A DNA stretch of 64,000 nt. Source: an uncultured delta proteobacterium (GTDB lineage: Bacteria > Myxococcota > Kuafuiibacteriia > Kuafuiibacteriales > Kuafuiibacteriaceae). The notes under the pieces were generated by a model. That model had not been told where the DNA came from, made no database searches, and saw only the letters and a program-made list of their open reading frames with translations. The position numbers and the translations under genes are program-made. Numbering within the stretch: the stretch's first letter is position 1; each line of letters begins with the position of its first letter. The stretch is taken from NCBI GenBank assembly GCA_963803435.1, contig CAWDML010000003.1, forward strand, positions 64,001-128,000. Direction: 5' to 3'. Of this stretch, positions 50,187 to 59,082 are shown piece after piece.

Positions 50187-51608
50187 ATGAGCATGGATCG
50201 CGTACTAGTTGTCGACGACGAGGCGGGCTCTCGCGTCGTCACCGCGCAACGCCTCGTCCGCCGGGGCTACGCGGTCGATGCCTGCGAGAACGGCATGACC
50301 GCGATCGAGCGGCTGCGCACGCAAGACTACGACCTGATCATCACCGACGTTCAGATGCCGATGCTCGACGGTCTCGGTTTGCTCGACGCCGTCCAGGAGA
50401 TCGCTCCCGATACAGAGGTGCTGGTGATGACCGGCTTCGCGACGATCGACGTCGCCATCGCCGCCATCAAGAATGGCGCGTACGACTTCCTCCAGAAGCC
50501 CTTCACCGCCGAAGAGCTGGTCGCGAAGGCGGCCCGCGCCCTCGAGCACAAGTCGCTCCGAGCATCGGCAGCGATCCAGCAGATCAGCCAGGCGATCTTC
50601 TCCACGCGAGACCCCAAGAGGCTGCCCGGTACGATCGCGGAGCTCGCGGTCTCCGTCCTGGAGGCCGACCGCGCCGAGCTGATCGCGCCTGCGCCGCTCG
50701 AGAAGCGGGCCCGTGAGCCGACCCTCTCGCGCGCCAGCATCGACTTCCCGCTCTGGTCCGGGACCCGGATCCTCGGGGTCCTCTCGATCGAGCGGGACGA
50801 GCAGCGCCGGCCCTTCCGCTCCTCCGATCTGGAGAAGGCCTCGGTGATCGCCGCGCAGAGCGTGCTGGCCCTGGAGAACGTGCGGTTGATGGAGGAGGCG
50901 GTGGCGGCCGATCGGCTGTCGACCGTCGGTCGGATGGCGAGCAGCGTCGCCCACGACATCAACAACCCGGTGACCTACCTGCTCGCGAACATCGAGTACG
51001 CCCGTTCTCGCCTGGAGGCCACGGATGGGCTGCCGCTCGACCTCGACGAGCTGCGGCAGTGCTTGCAGGACGCCGAACTGGGCGCCCAGCAGATCCGCCA
51101 GATCGCGTCGGACTTCAGCGCCATCGCGCGCGACAGCGTCGACCGGATGGAGCTCTTCGACATCAACGAGTCCGTCCGATCCGCGCTGCGCATCGCAGGC
51201 GCCGAGCTGAGGCGCCGCGGAATGGTCGAGGTGAAGCTCAGCGACGGGCTCGACGTCATCGGATCGGCCGCCCGGATGTCGCAGGTCTTCGTGAACCTCC
51301 TGGTCAACGCCGTCGAGGCGCTCCGGGACGAGGGCGTGGGACGCATCGGTGTCCGCACGATCCGCCGGGACGATCGCGTGATCGTCGAGATCGAGGACGA
51401 CGGCAAGGGCATCCCGTCCGAGCACCTCTCACAGCTCTTCGAGCCGTTCTTCGGCCGGGGACGCGGGCTCGCCAACAGCCTCGACATCGTCCGCGCTCAC
51501 AGCGGCGTGATCGAGGTGAGCTCCCGCGAGGGCAGCGGCTCCCGCTTCAGCGTGATCCTTCCCGGCGGGAGGGCTCAGCCGAAGGCGACCTCGCAAGCGG
51601 CAACGTGA
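50187..51608 (+). CDS. REC-(GAF)-histidine kinase hybrid
   Basis: Receiver domain, AHDINNP, NLLVNA, DDGKG, short ATP lid. Confidence 0.88.
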   Translation: MSMDRVLVVDDEAGSRVVTAQRLVRRGYAVDACENGMTAIERLRTQDYDLIITDVQMPMLDGLGLLDAVQEIAPDTEVLVMTGFATIDVAIAAIKNGAYDFLQKPFTAEELVAKAARALEHKSLRASAAIQQISQAIFSTRDPKRLPGTIAELAVSVLEADRAELIAPAPLEKRAREPTLSRASIDFPLWSGTRILGVLSIERDEQRRPFRSSDLEKASVIAAQSVLALENVRLMEEAVAADRLSTVGRMASSVAHDINNPVTYLLANIEYARSRLEATDGLPLDLDELRQCLQDAELGAQQIRQIASDFSAIARDSVDRMELFDINESVRSALRIAGAELRRRGMVEVKLSDGLDVIGSAARMSQVFVNLLVNAVEALRDEGVGRIGVRTIRRDDRVIVEIEDDGKGIPSEHLSQLFEPFFGRGRGLANSLDIVRAHSGVIEVSSREGSGSRFSVILPGGRAQPKATSQAAT

Positions 51609-53229
51609 GGAAGAACGTGCTCCCGGCGCCGGGGCGGCTCTCGACCCAGAGTCGTCCGCCGTGGGCCTCGACGATCCCGCGCGCGATGAACAGGCCGAGC
51701 CCGGTGCCTCGGTGCTCGCGCCCCTTCCCGTGCCAGTAGAGCTCGAACACGCGCTCCACCTCCTCGTCGTCCATGCCGGGTCCCGTGTCGACCACGCTCA
51801 TCAGGAGCTGATCCTTCTCGATCTTCGCGCTGAGCGTCAGCTCGTCCCCCGCGCCGCAGAACTTGATGCCGTTGCCGAGCAGGTTCGATAGGACCTGGAG
51901 GAACCGGTCGTAGTCGCAGAGGGCCCGTACCTGGTTTCCTACGTCGAAGCTGCGCCGGATCCGGATCCCCTTCTCACGCGCCGCCGGCTCTTGCCCTTCG
52001 ACGGCTTCGACCAGGAGCGGTCTGACGGAGCGGAGCTCCCGGCGCAGCGACAGCTGCCCCGCCTGAATGCTCGACATGTCGAGGAGATCCGAGATCAAGC
52101 GATCCATCCGGTGGGCCGAGCGCTGGATCGCCTCGACCTGCTTCTTGGGGATCGGCTCCGACCGGATCCGCTCGTTCTTCAGGAGGAGCGCGGCGCCCAG
52201 ATCGATCGCGCCGAGCGGATTGCGGAGATCGTGGGAGACCACGGCCAGGATCCGATCGCGGACCTCGACCGCCTTCCGGCTCTCCTCGTAGAGGCGCGCG
52301 TTGTCGATGGCCGCCGCCGCCCGCCCGGCCAGCTCCTCGGCGAACTCCAGATCGGCCGGGGTGAAGCACCTTCCCGACTCCACGTTGGCCAGCACCAGCG
52401 CGCCGAACGCCACGTCGCGCGCGCGCAGCGGAACCACCAGGAGCGACTGCACCCGAAGTCGGATCAGGAGCTCGCGGTGCGGATCGTCGGCCGGATAGCG
52501 ATCGAGCCACCCCTCGTCCACGCGCTCCACCAGCAGGGGCCTCTCGGTACGGATGACCACCGGAACACCGCTCTGTCCGTCCATGCTCGCCGGATGTCGC
52601 CGCCGCATCTCGCGGATCGCGTCCGCCTTCTCTGGGTCCGCGTGCGCGACCGCGACGAAGTCGCCGAGTGTACCGTCCGGGCGCAGCACGTCGACCGCGC
52701 ACCAGTCGGCGAACTCCGGGACGACCATCTGGGAGACGTGATCGAGGGTCTCCTGATAGTCGAGCGACGAAGAGAGCAGCGTCCCTGCCTTCGCGAGGAA
52801 ACGCAGCCGCGCCTCGGTGGTCCGGAAGGCGTCGTCCGCAGAGCGACGCGTGCTCAGGAACGCGTCGACGGACGCGAGGATGGATCGATCGATCGCGCGA
52901 TTGAGTGCCTGATGTGGACCGTCGCCACCCCACATCTCGATGATCGTGTCTCGGAGGTAGGACAGCTCCTCGATGATGTCGCCCAGGGTATAGCGGTTCT
53001 CGAGGCGGTGTTGGGCGTGGTGCTCTGCGGAGGGGCGCTCCCACGCCATCTCGGCGCCCTTCGCGGCCGCCTCGACGTCATCGGCGATCCGTTCGAGGAG
53101 CGCCGGCAGGAAGTCGGTGAGTCGGTCGTGGGACAGCGCCCGCGCCGACGGCAAGGCTCGCACAGCCCTCTCCCAGCGCGCGAGGATCTCTGCGCGACGC
53201 TCGCGCAGAAAGGTGGAAAGGTCCCGCAT
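51547..53229 (-). CDS. RsbRD_N-like-GAF-histidine kinase
   Basis: ILARWE..EHHAQHRLENRY, LVVPEFADWC-type GAF, SHDLRNPL, GTGLGL. Confidence 0.88.
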   Translation of the reverse strand: MRDLSTFLRERRAEILARWERAVRALPSARALSHDRLTDFLPALLERIADDVEAAAKGAEMAWERPSAEHHAQHRLENRYTLGDIIEELSYLRDTIIEMWGGDGPHQALNRAIDRSILASVDAFLSTRRSADDAFRTTEARLRFLAKAGTLLSSSLDYQETLDHVSQMVVPEFADWCAVDVLRPDGTLGDFVAVAHADPEKADAIREMRRRHPASMDGQSGVPVVIRTERPLLVERVDEGWLDRYPADDPHRELLIRLRVQSLLVVPLRARDVAFGALVLANVESGRCFTPADLEFAEELAGRAAAAIDNARLYEESRKAVEVRDRILAVVSHDLRNPLGAIDLGAALLLKNERIRSEPIPKKQVEAIQRSAHRMDRLISDLLDMSSIQAGQLSLRRELRSVRPLLVEAVEGQEPAAREKGIRIRRSFDVGNQVRALCDYDRFLQVLSNLLGNGIKFCGAGDELTLSAKIEKDQLLMSVVDTGPGMDDEEVERVFELYWHGKGREHRGTGLGLFIARGIVEAHGGRLWVESRPGAGSTFFLTLPLARSPSAEPSRREGSR

Positions 53230-53246
53230 GACCTCGCCGGGAATCG

Positions 53247-53262
53247 TGCACCCTGCGTGCCG
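53247..53262 (-). promoter_or_regulatory. Putative sigma54 -24/-12 element
   Basis: Minus strand CGGCACGCAGGGTGCA (GG-N10-GC). Confidence 0.4.
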
Positions 53263-53312
53263 GCGCGTGGTGGGTCGAGCCTCTCCCCAAGGAGCGTGTC
53301 GCTCCGCCGCGG

Positions 53313-53672
53313 TCAGCAGTATTTCGCGACGAGCTGGTAGAGCTTCTCCAGATCGATCGGTTTGGTCACAAAATCCGTCGCCCTCAGCGATCTCGCTTCT
53401 TCCTGAATGTCCGCGATCCCGGAAAGCAGCACGATCGGAACATCCGAGAGATCAGGATCCTTCAGGAGCTCCGAGCGGAGCTGCCATCCGTCCATCACCG
53501 GCATCATCAGGTCGAGGAGAATCATGCAGGGACGCCCCAGCTCGGCGAGGCGTTCCAGCGCCTCTTGCCCATTGGCGGCCGTGGTGACCTCGTGACCCCG
53601 GGCTTCGATCAAGAACGCGAGATCCTGTCTCAGGTCCACATCGTCTTCGACGATCAGTACGGAGGCTGTCAT
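53313..53672 (-). CDS. Single-domain response regulator
   Basis: VEDD, LLDLMMPVMDG, KPID. Confidence 0.92.
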   Translation of the reverse strand: MTASVLIVEDDVDLRQDLAFLIEARGHEVTTAANGQEALERLAELGRPCMILLDLMMPVMDGWQLRSELLKDPDLSDVPIVLLSGIADIQEEARSLRATDFVTKPIDLEKLYQLVAKYC

Positions 53673-56098
53673 CGGTTTCGCTCTGGCAACACGACGGTGA
53701 AGGCGGTGCCGCGTCCAGGCTCCGAGTCTAGCAGGATGGATCCGCCCACGGAACTCGTCATCTCCCGAACCAACGTCAGACCCAACCCGACCCCGGCGAA
53801 GTGCTTGTTGCGCACCTGCTCACCTTGAACGAAGGGATCGAAGATGCGCGGCTGCAGGTCCCGCGGGATCCCTGGACCCGTGTCCGTGACGGTGATCCGA
53901 TGGGCTCCTCCGTCATACGAGAGCTGGACGCGGACGGCTCCCTCTTGCGTGAATTTGATGCCATTCCCGACCAGGTTGATCGCGATGAGGCGAAGGATCT
54001 CGGGATCGCTCTCGACCAGCGGAACCTCGTCCGCTTCGAGCGAGAGGGCGATCCCCTTCCGTTCGGCGATCGGGAGGGCTTCATCGATCACGTCCTGCAG
54101 CAGCACGCGGAGCTCGACGGGCTCGTGCCGGACCGCCGGTTTTCCTCCCTCGTACTCCGCGTAGTGGAGCAGGCCCTCGATCAGCCCCTGGAGACGTCCG
54201 GCGGACATCATCATTCGCCGGGTCAGATCGCGCTTCGGGAGCGGAAGGTCCTCGCCGAGGAGCATCCGCTCGAGCTGAAGCATGAGCGACGCGAGCGGCG
54301 TCCGGAGCTCGTGAGACACCATGCTGAGGAAGCTCGACTTGAGCTGGGAAGCCCGCTCTGCGTGCTCGCGTGCGATCCGCATCGAGGCGAGGGCGGTCTG
54401 GAGCTCGCGGCTCTTGAGCGCGATCTCCGACGCCAGCTGCTCCAGGTCCCTGGTCTGGGTATCGAGCTCCGCCTGGAGGATCGCCCGCACGCGCTTGGTG
54501 CCGATCAGGTTGGCGACTCGCGCCCGCAGCTCCCCGGCGGCGAACGGCTTCATCAGATAGTCCTGGGCGCCCTCCTCGAGCAACCGGACCCGCAGCTCGC
54601 CGTCCGCCTTGGCGGTGAGGAGCACGATCGGCGTCGTGTCCATCGAGCGCTCCTCGCGGAGCTTCCGCAGCACCACGTCTCCTGTCATTCCCGCCATCAT
54701 GATGTCGCTCAGCACCAGATCGGGCGCGAGCGCGAGGGCTTTTTCCACGCCGGTCGCGCCGTCCAGCGCGGACTCGGTCCGGAACGCGGGCTCGAGCGAC
54801 TCACAGACGAAGCGATTCATGTCGGTGTTGTCCTCGATGACCAGAACCAGCGGTCGGTCGTCGCCCTTCCTCTCCTTGGGTAGGTCGGCTCGCACGCGCA
54901 GATCCTCGAGGGCTTGGAGGGTCTCCTCGTCGACGTCCTTCGCCTCGAGCGTCACCGAGCGCGTGCTGACGCCCTCGGGCGCCGAGAGCGGGAGGACCAC
55001 CCGCAGCAGCGCACCGCCCTCGGGGGCCTCGTGGATCGACACGGACCCATGTTGGAGCTCCACCAGCTCCTTGACGATCGCGAGGCCCAGCCCCGTACCA
55101 CCGAACCCGCGGGCGGCGCTGCCGTCGACCTGGCGGAAGCGCTCGAACACGATCTTGCGATGCTCGGGCCGAATGCCCGGGCCGCTGTCGGCGACCTCGA
55201 GGACCAGGTGCGCGGGGGTCGGATCCCCGTCCAGCCGCAGCGTACAGCGCACGGTGCTGCCCTCCGTCGTGAACTTGAACGCGTTGGACAGCAGGTTCAG
55301 CAGGATTCGCCGGAGTTGATCGGGGTCGATGTCGGCGACCACCGACGGCCCCGGCTCGACGACGAAGCGCGTTCTCCTCTCGGCGGCCACGCCATCGAAG
55401 TTGGACGCCAGCACGCGCACCAGCTGAGTGACGTCGGTCCGCGCGTAGCGCGGCGCGACCTTGCCCGCCTCCAGCCGCGAGACGTCGAGCATGTCGTTGA
55501 CGTGCTTGAGCAGCGTCCGCGCATTACGCAGGATCAAGTCTGCGTCGTCGCGGACCTCCTGGCTCTCGTCGGAGCGGGCGAGGATGCGCTCGGCGGGTCC
55601 GCTGATCAGGGCGAGCGGTGTCCGAAGCTCGTGGCTGACATTGGCGAAGAACTGCGTCTTCAGCTCTTCGAGCTCCTTGGTCTTCTCGTAGAGCGTCCCG
55701 AGATCCGCGATCGCCGCCTCGAGCTCGATCCCGCGCTCGCGCATGGCCTTCGCCCCCCGGGAGAGCGCGAGCGCGCGCGGGATCAGGAAGGGCAGCATCA
55801 CCGCGGTGATGACGGAGGCGGCGGCGGTGACCGCCCGGGTCGCTGCGTCGATCCAGTAGATCGGATGCCAGATCTCGTACACGTCCATGAAATGCGTCAG
55901 GCCGCAGGTGACGATGAAGATGCCGAAGGCGAGGGCCATTCCCTTGAATGGAACGTATTGCCCGCGCCGAACCAGGTGGGCGAGCGTCGCGGAGATGGCG
56001 ACGTACGAGAGCCCGATCAGGCCGTTCGTGCCGACCTCCAGCCAGACGAGCGCGGGCTTCCACAGGTAGCAGTGCCCGTGCGGCATGAAGTCACCCAT
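53669..56098 (-). CDS. ETR1-like membrane sensor-HisKA-HATPase-REC-HisKA-HATPase kinase
   Basis: MPHGHCYLWKP..FIVTCGLTHF three-TM sensor, two SHELRTPL modules, central receiver. Start at the ATG at 56098. Confidence 0.88.
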   Translation of the reverse strand: MGDFMPHGHCYLWKPALVWLEVGTNGLIGLSYVAISATLAHLVRRGQYVPFKGMALAFGIFIVTCGLTHFMDVYEIWHPIYWIDAATRAVTAAASVITAVMLPFLIPRALALSRGAKAMRERGIELEAAIADLGTLYEKTKELEELKTQFFANVSHELRTPLALISGPAERILARSDESQEVRDDADLILRNARTLLKHVNDMLDVSRLEAGKVAPRYARTDVTQLVRVLASNFDGVAAERRTRFVVEPGPSVVADIDPDQLRRILLNLLSNAFKFTTEGSTVRCTLRLDGDPTPAHLVLEVADSGPGIRPEHRKIVFERFRQVDGSAARGFGGTGLGLAIVKELVELQHGSVSIHEAPEGGALLRVVLPLSAPEGVSTRSVTLEAKDVDEETLQALEDLRVRADLPKERKGDDRPLVLVIEDNTDMNRFVCESLEPAFRTESALDGATGVEKALALAPDLVLSDIMMAGMTGDVVLRKLREERSMDTTPIVLLTAKADGELRVRLLEEGAQDYLMKPFAAGELRARVANLIGTKRVRAILQAELDTQTRDLEQLASEIALKSRELQTALASMRIAREHAERASQLKSSFLSMVSHELRTPLASLMLQLERMLLGEDLPLPKRDLTRRMMMSAGRLQGLIEGLLHYAEYEGGKPAVRHEPVELRVLLQDVIDEALPIAERKGIALSLEADEVPLVESDPEILRLIAINLVGNGIKFTQEGAVRVQLSYDGGAHRITVTDTGPGIPRDLQPRIFDPFVQGEQVRNKHFAGVGLGLTLVREMTSSVGGSILLDSEPGRGTAFTVVLPERNR

Positions 56099-56176
56099 GG
56101 CCCCAATGAAAGCTCGATCGCCCTTTCGTGCAAGCGCAGTCCTCGGCGCGAGAGGGGGCGTTTTGCCTCGTCCGAA

Positions 56177-56192
56177 GGGCATATGCGTTGCA
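56177..56192 (+). promoter_or_regulatory. Putative sigma54 -24/-12 promoter for the hemerythrin gene
   Basis: GGGCATATGCGTTGCA, followed by RBS GGAGG and ATG at 56217. Confidence 0.5.
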
Positions 56193-56216
56193 CGGCTCAA
56201 ACGACGGAGGTGATCA

Positions 56217-56756
56217 ATGAGCAAATTCACGGAGGCGGCCTCGCGAGCCGTCGGCAAAGCGCGACAGGCCGCCGCCGCCCTTGCGGGCGAACGGGGAATC
56301 TTCAACCGCCTGAAGGGCGAGCACGAGGAGGTCTCGCTGCTGATGCATCGGTGCGCCTCGACCGACATCGGTGAGCGCGGCGCGCGCGAACGGCTGGAGC
56401 TCTACGAGCGGATCCGCGCCGAGCTGCTCGCCCATGCGACCGCCGAAGAGGAGGTCTTCTATTCGGCGCTGGAGCAGATCGCGGAGACCAAGGCGCTCGC
56501 CATCGAGTCACGCGAGCAGCACGATCACATCGAGCGGGTCCTGATGGAGCTCGACTCGCTCGCCGTCACCGAGCCCAAGTGGATGGAGCGGTTCTCCGTC
56601 TTGATGCTCGAGGTCGAAGCGCATGTCCAAAAGGAGGAAAAGCAGCTGTTCCCGCCCGCCGAGAAGATCGTCAGCAAGCATCAGGCGAAGACGCTCGACG
56701 AACGCTATGCCGCCCGGAAAGCGCGACACATGGCGAGCCTGTTCCCCGCAGCCTGA
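56217..56756 (+). CDS. Hemerythrin/HHE cation-binding domain protein
   Basis: EHEEV, HATAEEEVFY, EQHDHI, HVQKEEKQLFP. Confidence 0.9.
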   Translation: MSKFTEAASRAVGKARQAAAALAGERGIFNRLKGEHEEVSLLMHRCASTDIGERGARERLELYERIRAELLAHATAEEEVFYSALEQIAETKALAIESREQHDHIERVLMELDSLAVTEPKWMERFSVLMLEVEAHVQKEEKQLFPPAEKIVSKHQAKTLDERYAARKARHMASLFPAA

Positions 56757-56780
56757 GCGCCGGATGTGCCCGCGCTCGGC

Positions 56781-58763
56781 TCACCGGGGACGTTCTGCCT
56801 CTCTGGGGCGAGGGCCCTCGTGCGGTTGAGCCCGCCGGGGGAGGCGGATCGTGAACGTGGTCCCTGCGTCGCGGCTCGAGATCACCGAGACCGCACCTCC
56901 GTGCTGCACGGCGATGCTGCGCGTGATGAACAGGCCGAGCCCGAGCCCATGCGACGACGCGTCGCCGCGCTGAAGCGGGTCGAACACGGTCGGGATCAGG
57001 TCGCGCGGGATCACGCCGAGATTATGAACTTCCAGCACGATCTGCTCCGGTGCACTGCCGTCGATCGACACGTGGGCCCGCCCGTCGACGCCGTGGTGGA
57101 CGGCGTTCGAGAGCAGGTTCGACATCGCTTGCTCGAGCCGGGCGGCGTCCCAGAAGCCGGACGTATCGCCTCGAAGCGACAGGCTCACCTCGGTCCCCGC
57201 GAAGGCGCCCTGCGTCTCCTCGATCACCTCGCGGCAGATCGAGGAGAGGTCGCATTCGGACGGCTGCATCGGGAGGTCGCCGCCCAGCCGGATCTGCGTG
57301 AAGTCAAGCAGCTGCTCGATCATCCGGTACATACGATCGCCGCTCCTCGCGATCCGATCGATGATCCGGCCCTGCGACTCGGTCGGGCGCGAGCGGGCGA
57401 GTGCCTGCGAGCCCATCAGGATGGCGTTCAGCGGATTCCGGAGATCGTGCGCCAGCACGCCGATGAAGAGCTTGCTGGTCTCGACGGAGCGCTCGAGCTC
57501 GGCCACCAGCTGATCGCGGCGCTGCTCGAGGGCCCGCTGATCCGACATGTCGACGATGACGCCGACCGTCTGATCGTCGATGTGGGTGGTCGCGATGAGA
57601 ACCGGGATGCGGTGGCCGTCCCGATGCACGAGCTCCCGCTCGTACGGCTTGGTGTGTCCGTTGGTGTCGAGGGAGGGCCAGGTGATGCCATCCTTCAGGT
57701 CGCTGTGCTGGTAGCCGACGAGGCGCAGGAACGCGTCGTTCGCCTCCGAGATCCGTCCGGAGGGGTCGCCGATGAAGATCGCGACCACGCTCGACTCGAA
57801 TATCTTGCGGAACTTGAGCTCCGCGGCCCTGGCCTCGGTGACGTCGAGCGCCGTGATCACCGCCGACTCGACCCGGCCACGCTGGTCCATGACGGGCGCA
57901 CCCCCGACGATCAGCGCCCGTGGCGATCCGTCGGACCGCACATAGCGCAGCTCGCGGCTGGCCACCTTCTCTCCCTGGAGGACGCGCACGGAGGGGACAT
58001 CCGCGGTCTGGCTGGTCTTGGAGAGGAAGACCTTCGCGCCGTCGTTGCTCATCAGGACGTCGCCGTCGTGCCCGATCACCGCGACGCCCACGGGCATCGT
58101 TCGGATCGCCGTCTCGAACAATCGGTGCTGGCGGTGCTCGCGCTCGACGATGCGTCGAAGCGTGACGACCAGCCAAGCGGCCAGGCTCAGCGCCAGGATC
58201 CCGCTGATGAGGAGCACGGTCAGCGTGCTGCGGGCGGCGCGTCGGGTCTCCTCGGTCGCCTTGAGGAAGCCCGCCTTTTTCGCGTCGGAGAGCGCTTCGA
58301 GCGCGGCGTTGAGGCGGTCGCGCGTGGGATCGAGATGCACCGCGAAGAGCGCCTCCGCGTCAGCCCCGGGCTGAGCCGCCTCCTCCTGGAGGTCCGCCCA
58401 GGCGCGCTGGTGCTCGCGCACCGCGGCTTCGACCTCCTCGAGCAGCTCGTTGTCGTGCGGGTCATGGGTGATGCGGTGCAGCTGGCTGAAGGTGTCCTCG
58501 AGCTCGGCCAGCCGGCGCTCGTACTCCGCGAGATAACGGCTCCGCTGGGTGATGAGGAAAGCGCGACGGATCGCCCCGAGGTGCTCGAGGAGAGCGCGCA
58601 GCCGCTCGGTCACTCGGAACTGCTGCCCGTGCTCTTCTACGAGGTGCTCGGTCTTCTGTGCGAGCTGATAGGTCGTGAGCACCGCTGTGGCGGTGGTGCC
58701 GGCGATGAGCACACTGAGCGCGACCAAGCCGAGGAGCGCCTTGCTGGGCATCGTCAGCCGCAT
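56781..58763 (-). CDS. Membrane histidine kinase with helical (CHASE3/4HB-like) sensor and PAS domains
   Basis: Two TM, PAS, AHDLRNPL, NLLSNA, GLGLGL. Confidence 0.88.
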   Translation of the reverse strand: MRLTMPSKALLGLVALSVLIAGTTATAVLTTYQLAQKTEHLVEEHGQQFRVTERLRALLEHLGAIRRAFLITQRSRYLAEYERRLAELEDTFSQLHRITHDPHDNELLEEVEAAVREHQRAWADLQEEAAQPGADAEALFAVHLDPTRDRLNAALEALSDAKKAGFLKATEETRRAARSTLTVLLISGILALSLAAWLVVTLRRIVEREHRQHRLFETAIRTMPVGVAVIGHDGDVLMSNDGAKVFLSKTSQTADVPSVRVLQGEKVASRELRYVRSDGSPRALIVGGAPVMDQRGRVESAVITALDVTEARAAELKFRKIFESSVVAIFIGDPSGRISEANDAFLRLVGYQHSDLKDGITWPSLDTNGHTKPYERELVHRDGHRIPVLIATTHIDDQTVGVIVDMSDQRALEQRRDQLVAELERSVETSKLFIGVLAHDLRNPLNAILMGSQALARSRPTESQGRIIDRIARSGDRMYRMIEQLLDFTQIRLGGDLPMQPSECDLSSICREVIEETQGAFAGTEVSLSLRGDTSGFWDAARLEQAMSNLLSNAVHHGVDGRAHVSIDGSAPEQIVLEVHNLGVIPRDLIPTVFDPLQRGDASSHGLGLGLFITRSIAVQHGGAVSVISSRDAGTTFTIRLPRRAQPHEGPRPREAERPR

Positions 58764-59082
58764 CGAGGTACCGAGGAATCGAGCCTGGGCGATCTCTTCC
58801 TGCGAGTCGACCTGAAATCCTGGGCGTGCCCCGGGTCGGGGCGCTTCGCCTCACCCCCTCCGCCGGCGCGCCCGCTCTGCGTGTCAGCGCGCAACCTAGG
58901 TTGCATTCCCGATCCGTGCACGCCGTCGGGTGCAGGCCGGCCGCCGAGTCGGGGATGCCCGCCTGTACGAGAAGCCAGCTTACCGGCGCTAGGGTGGTCG
59001 AGTAGACTGCATCCGCGAGGCCGCGATGCTTTGACATGGAAATGCTGGATCCAGAGGGGGCTGGCTCCACGAAGAGGAGTCG

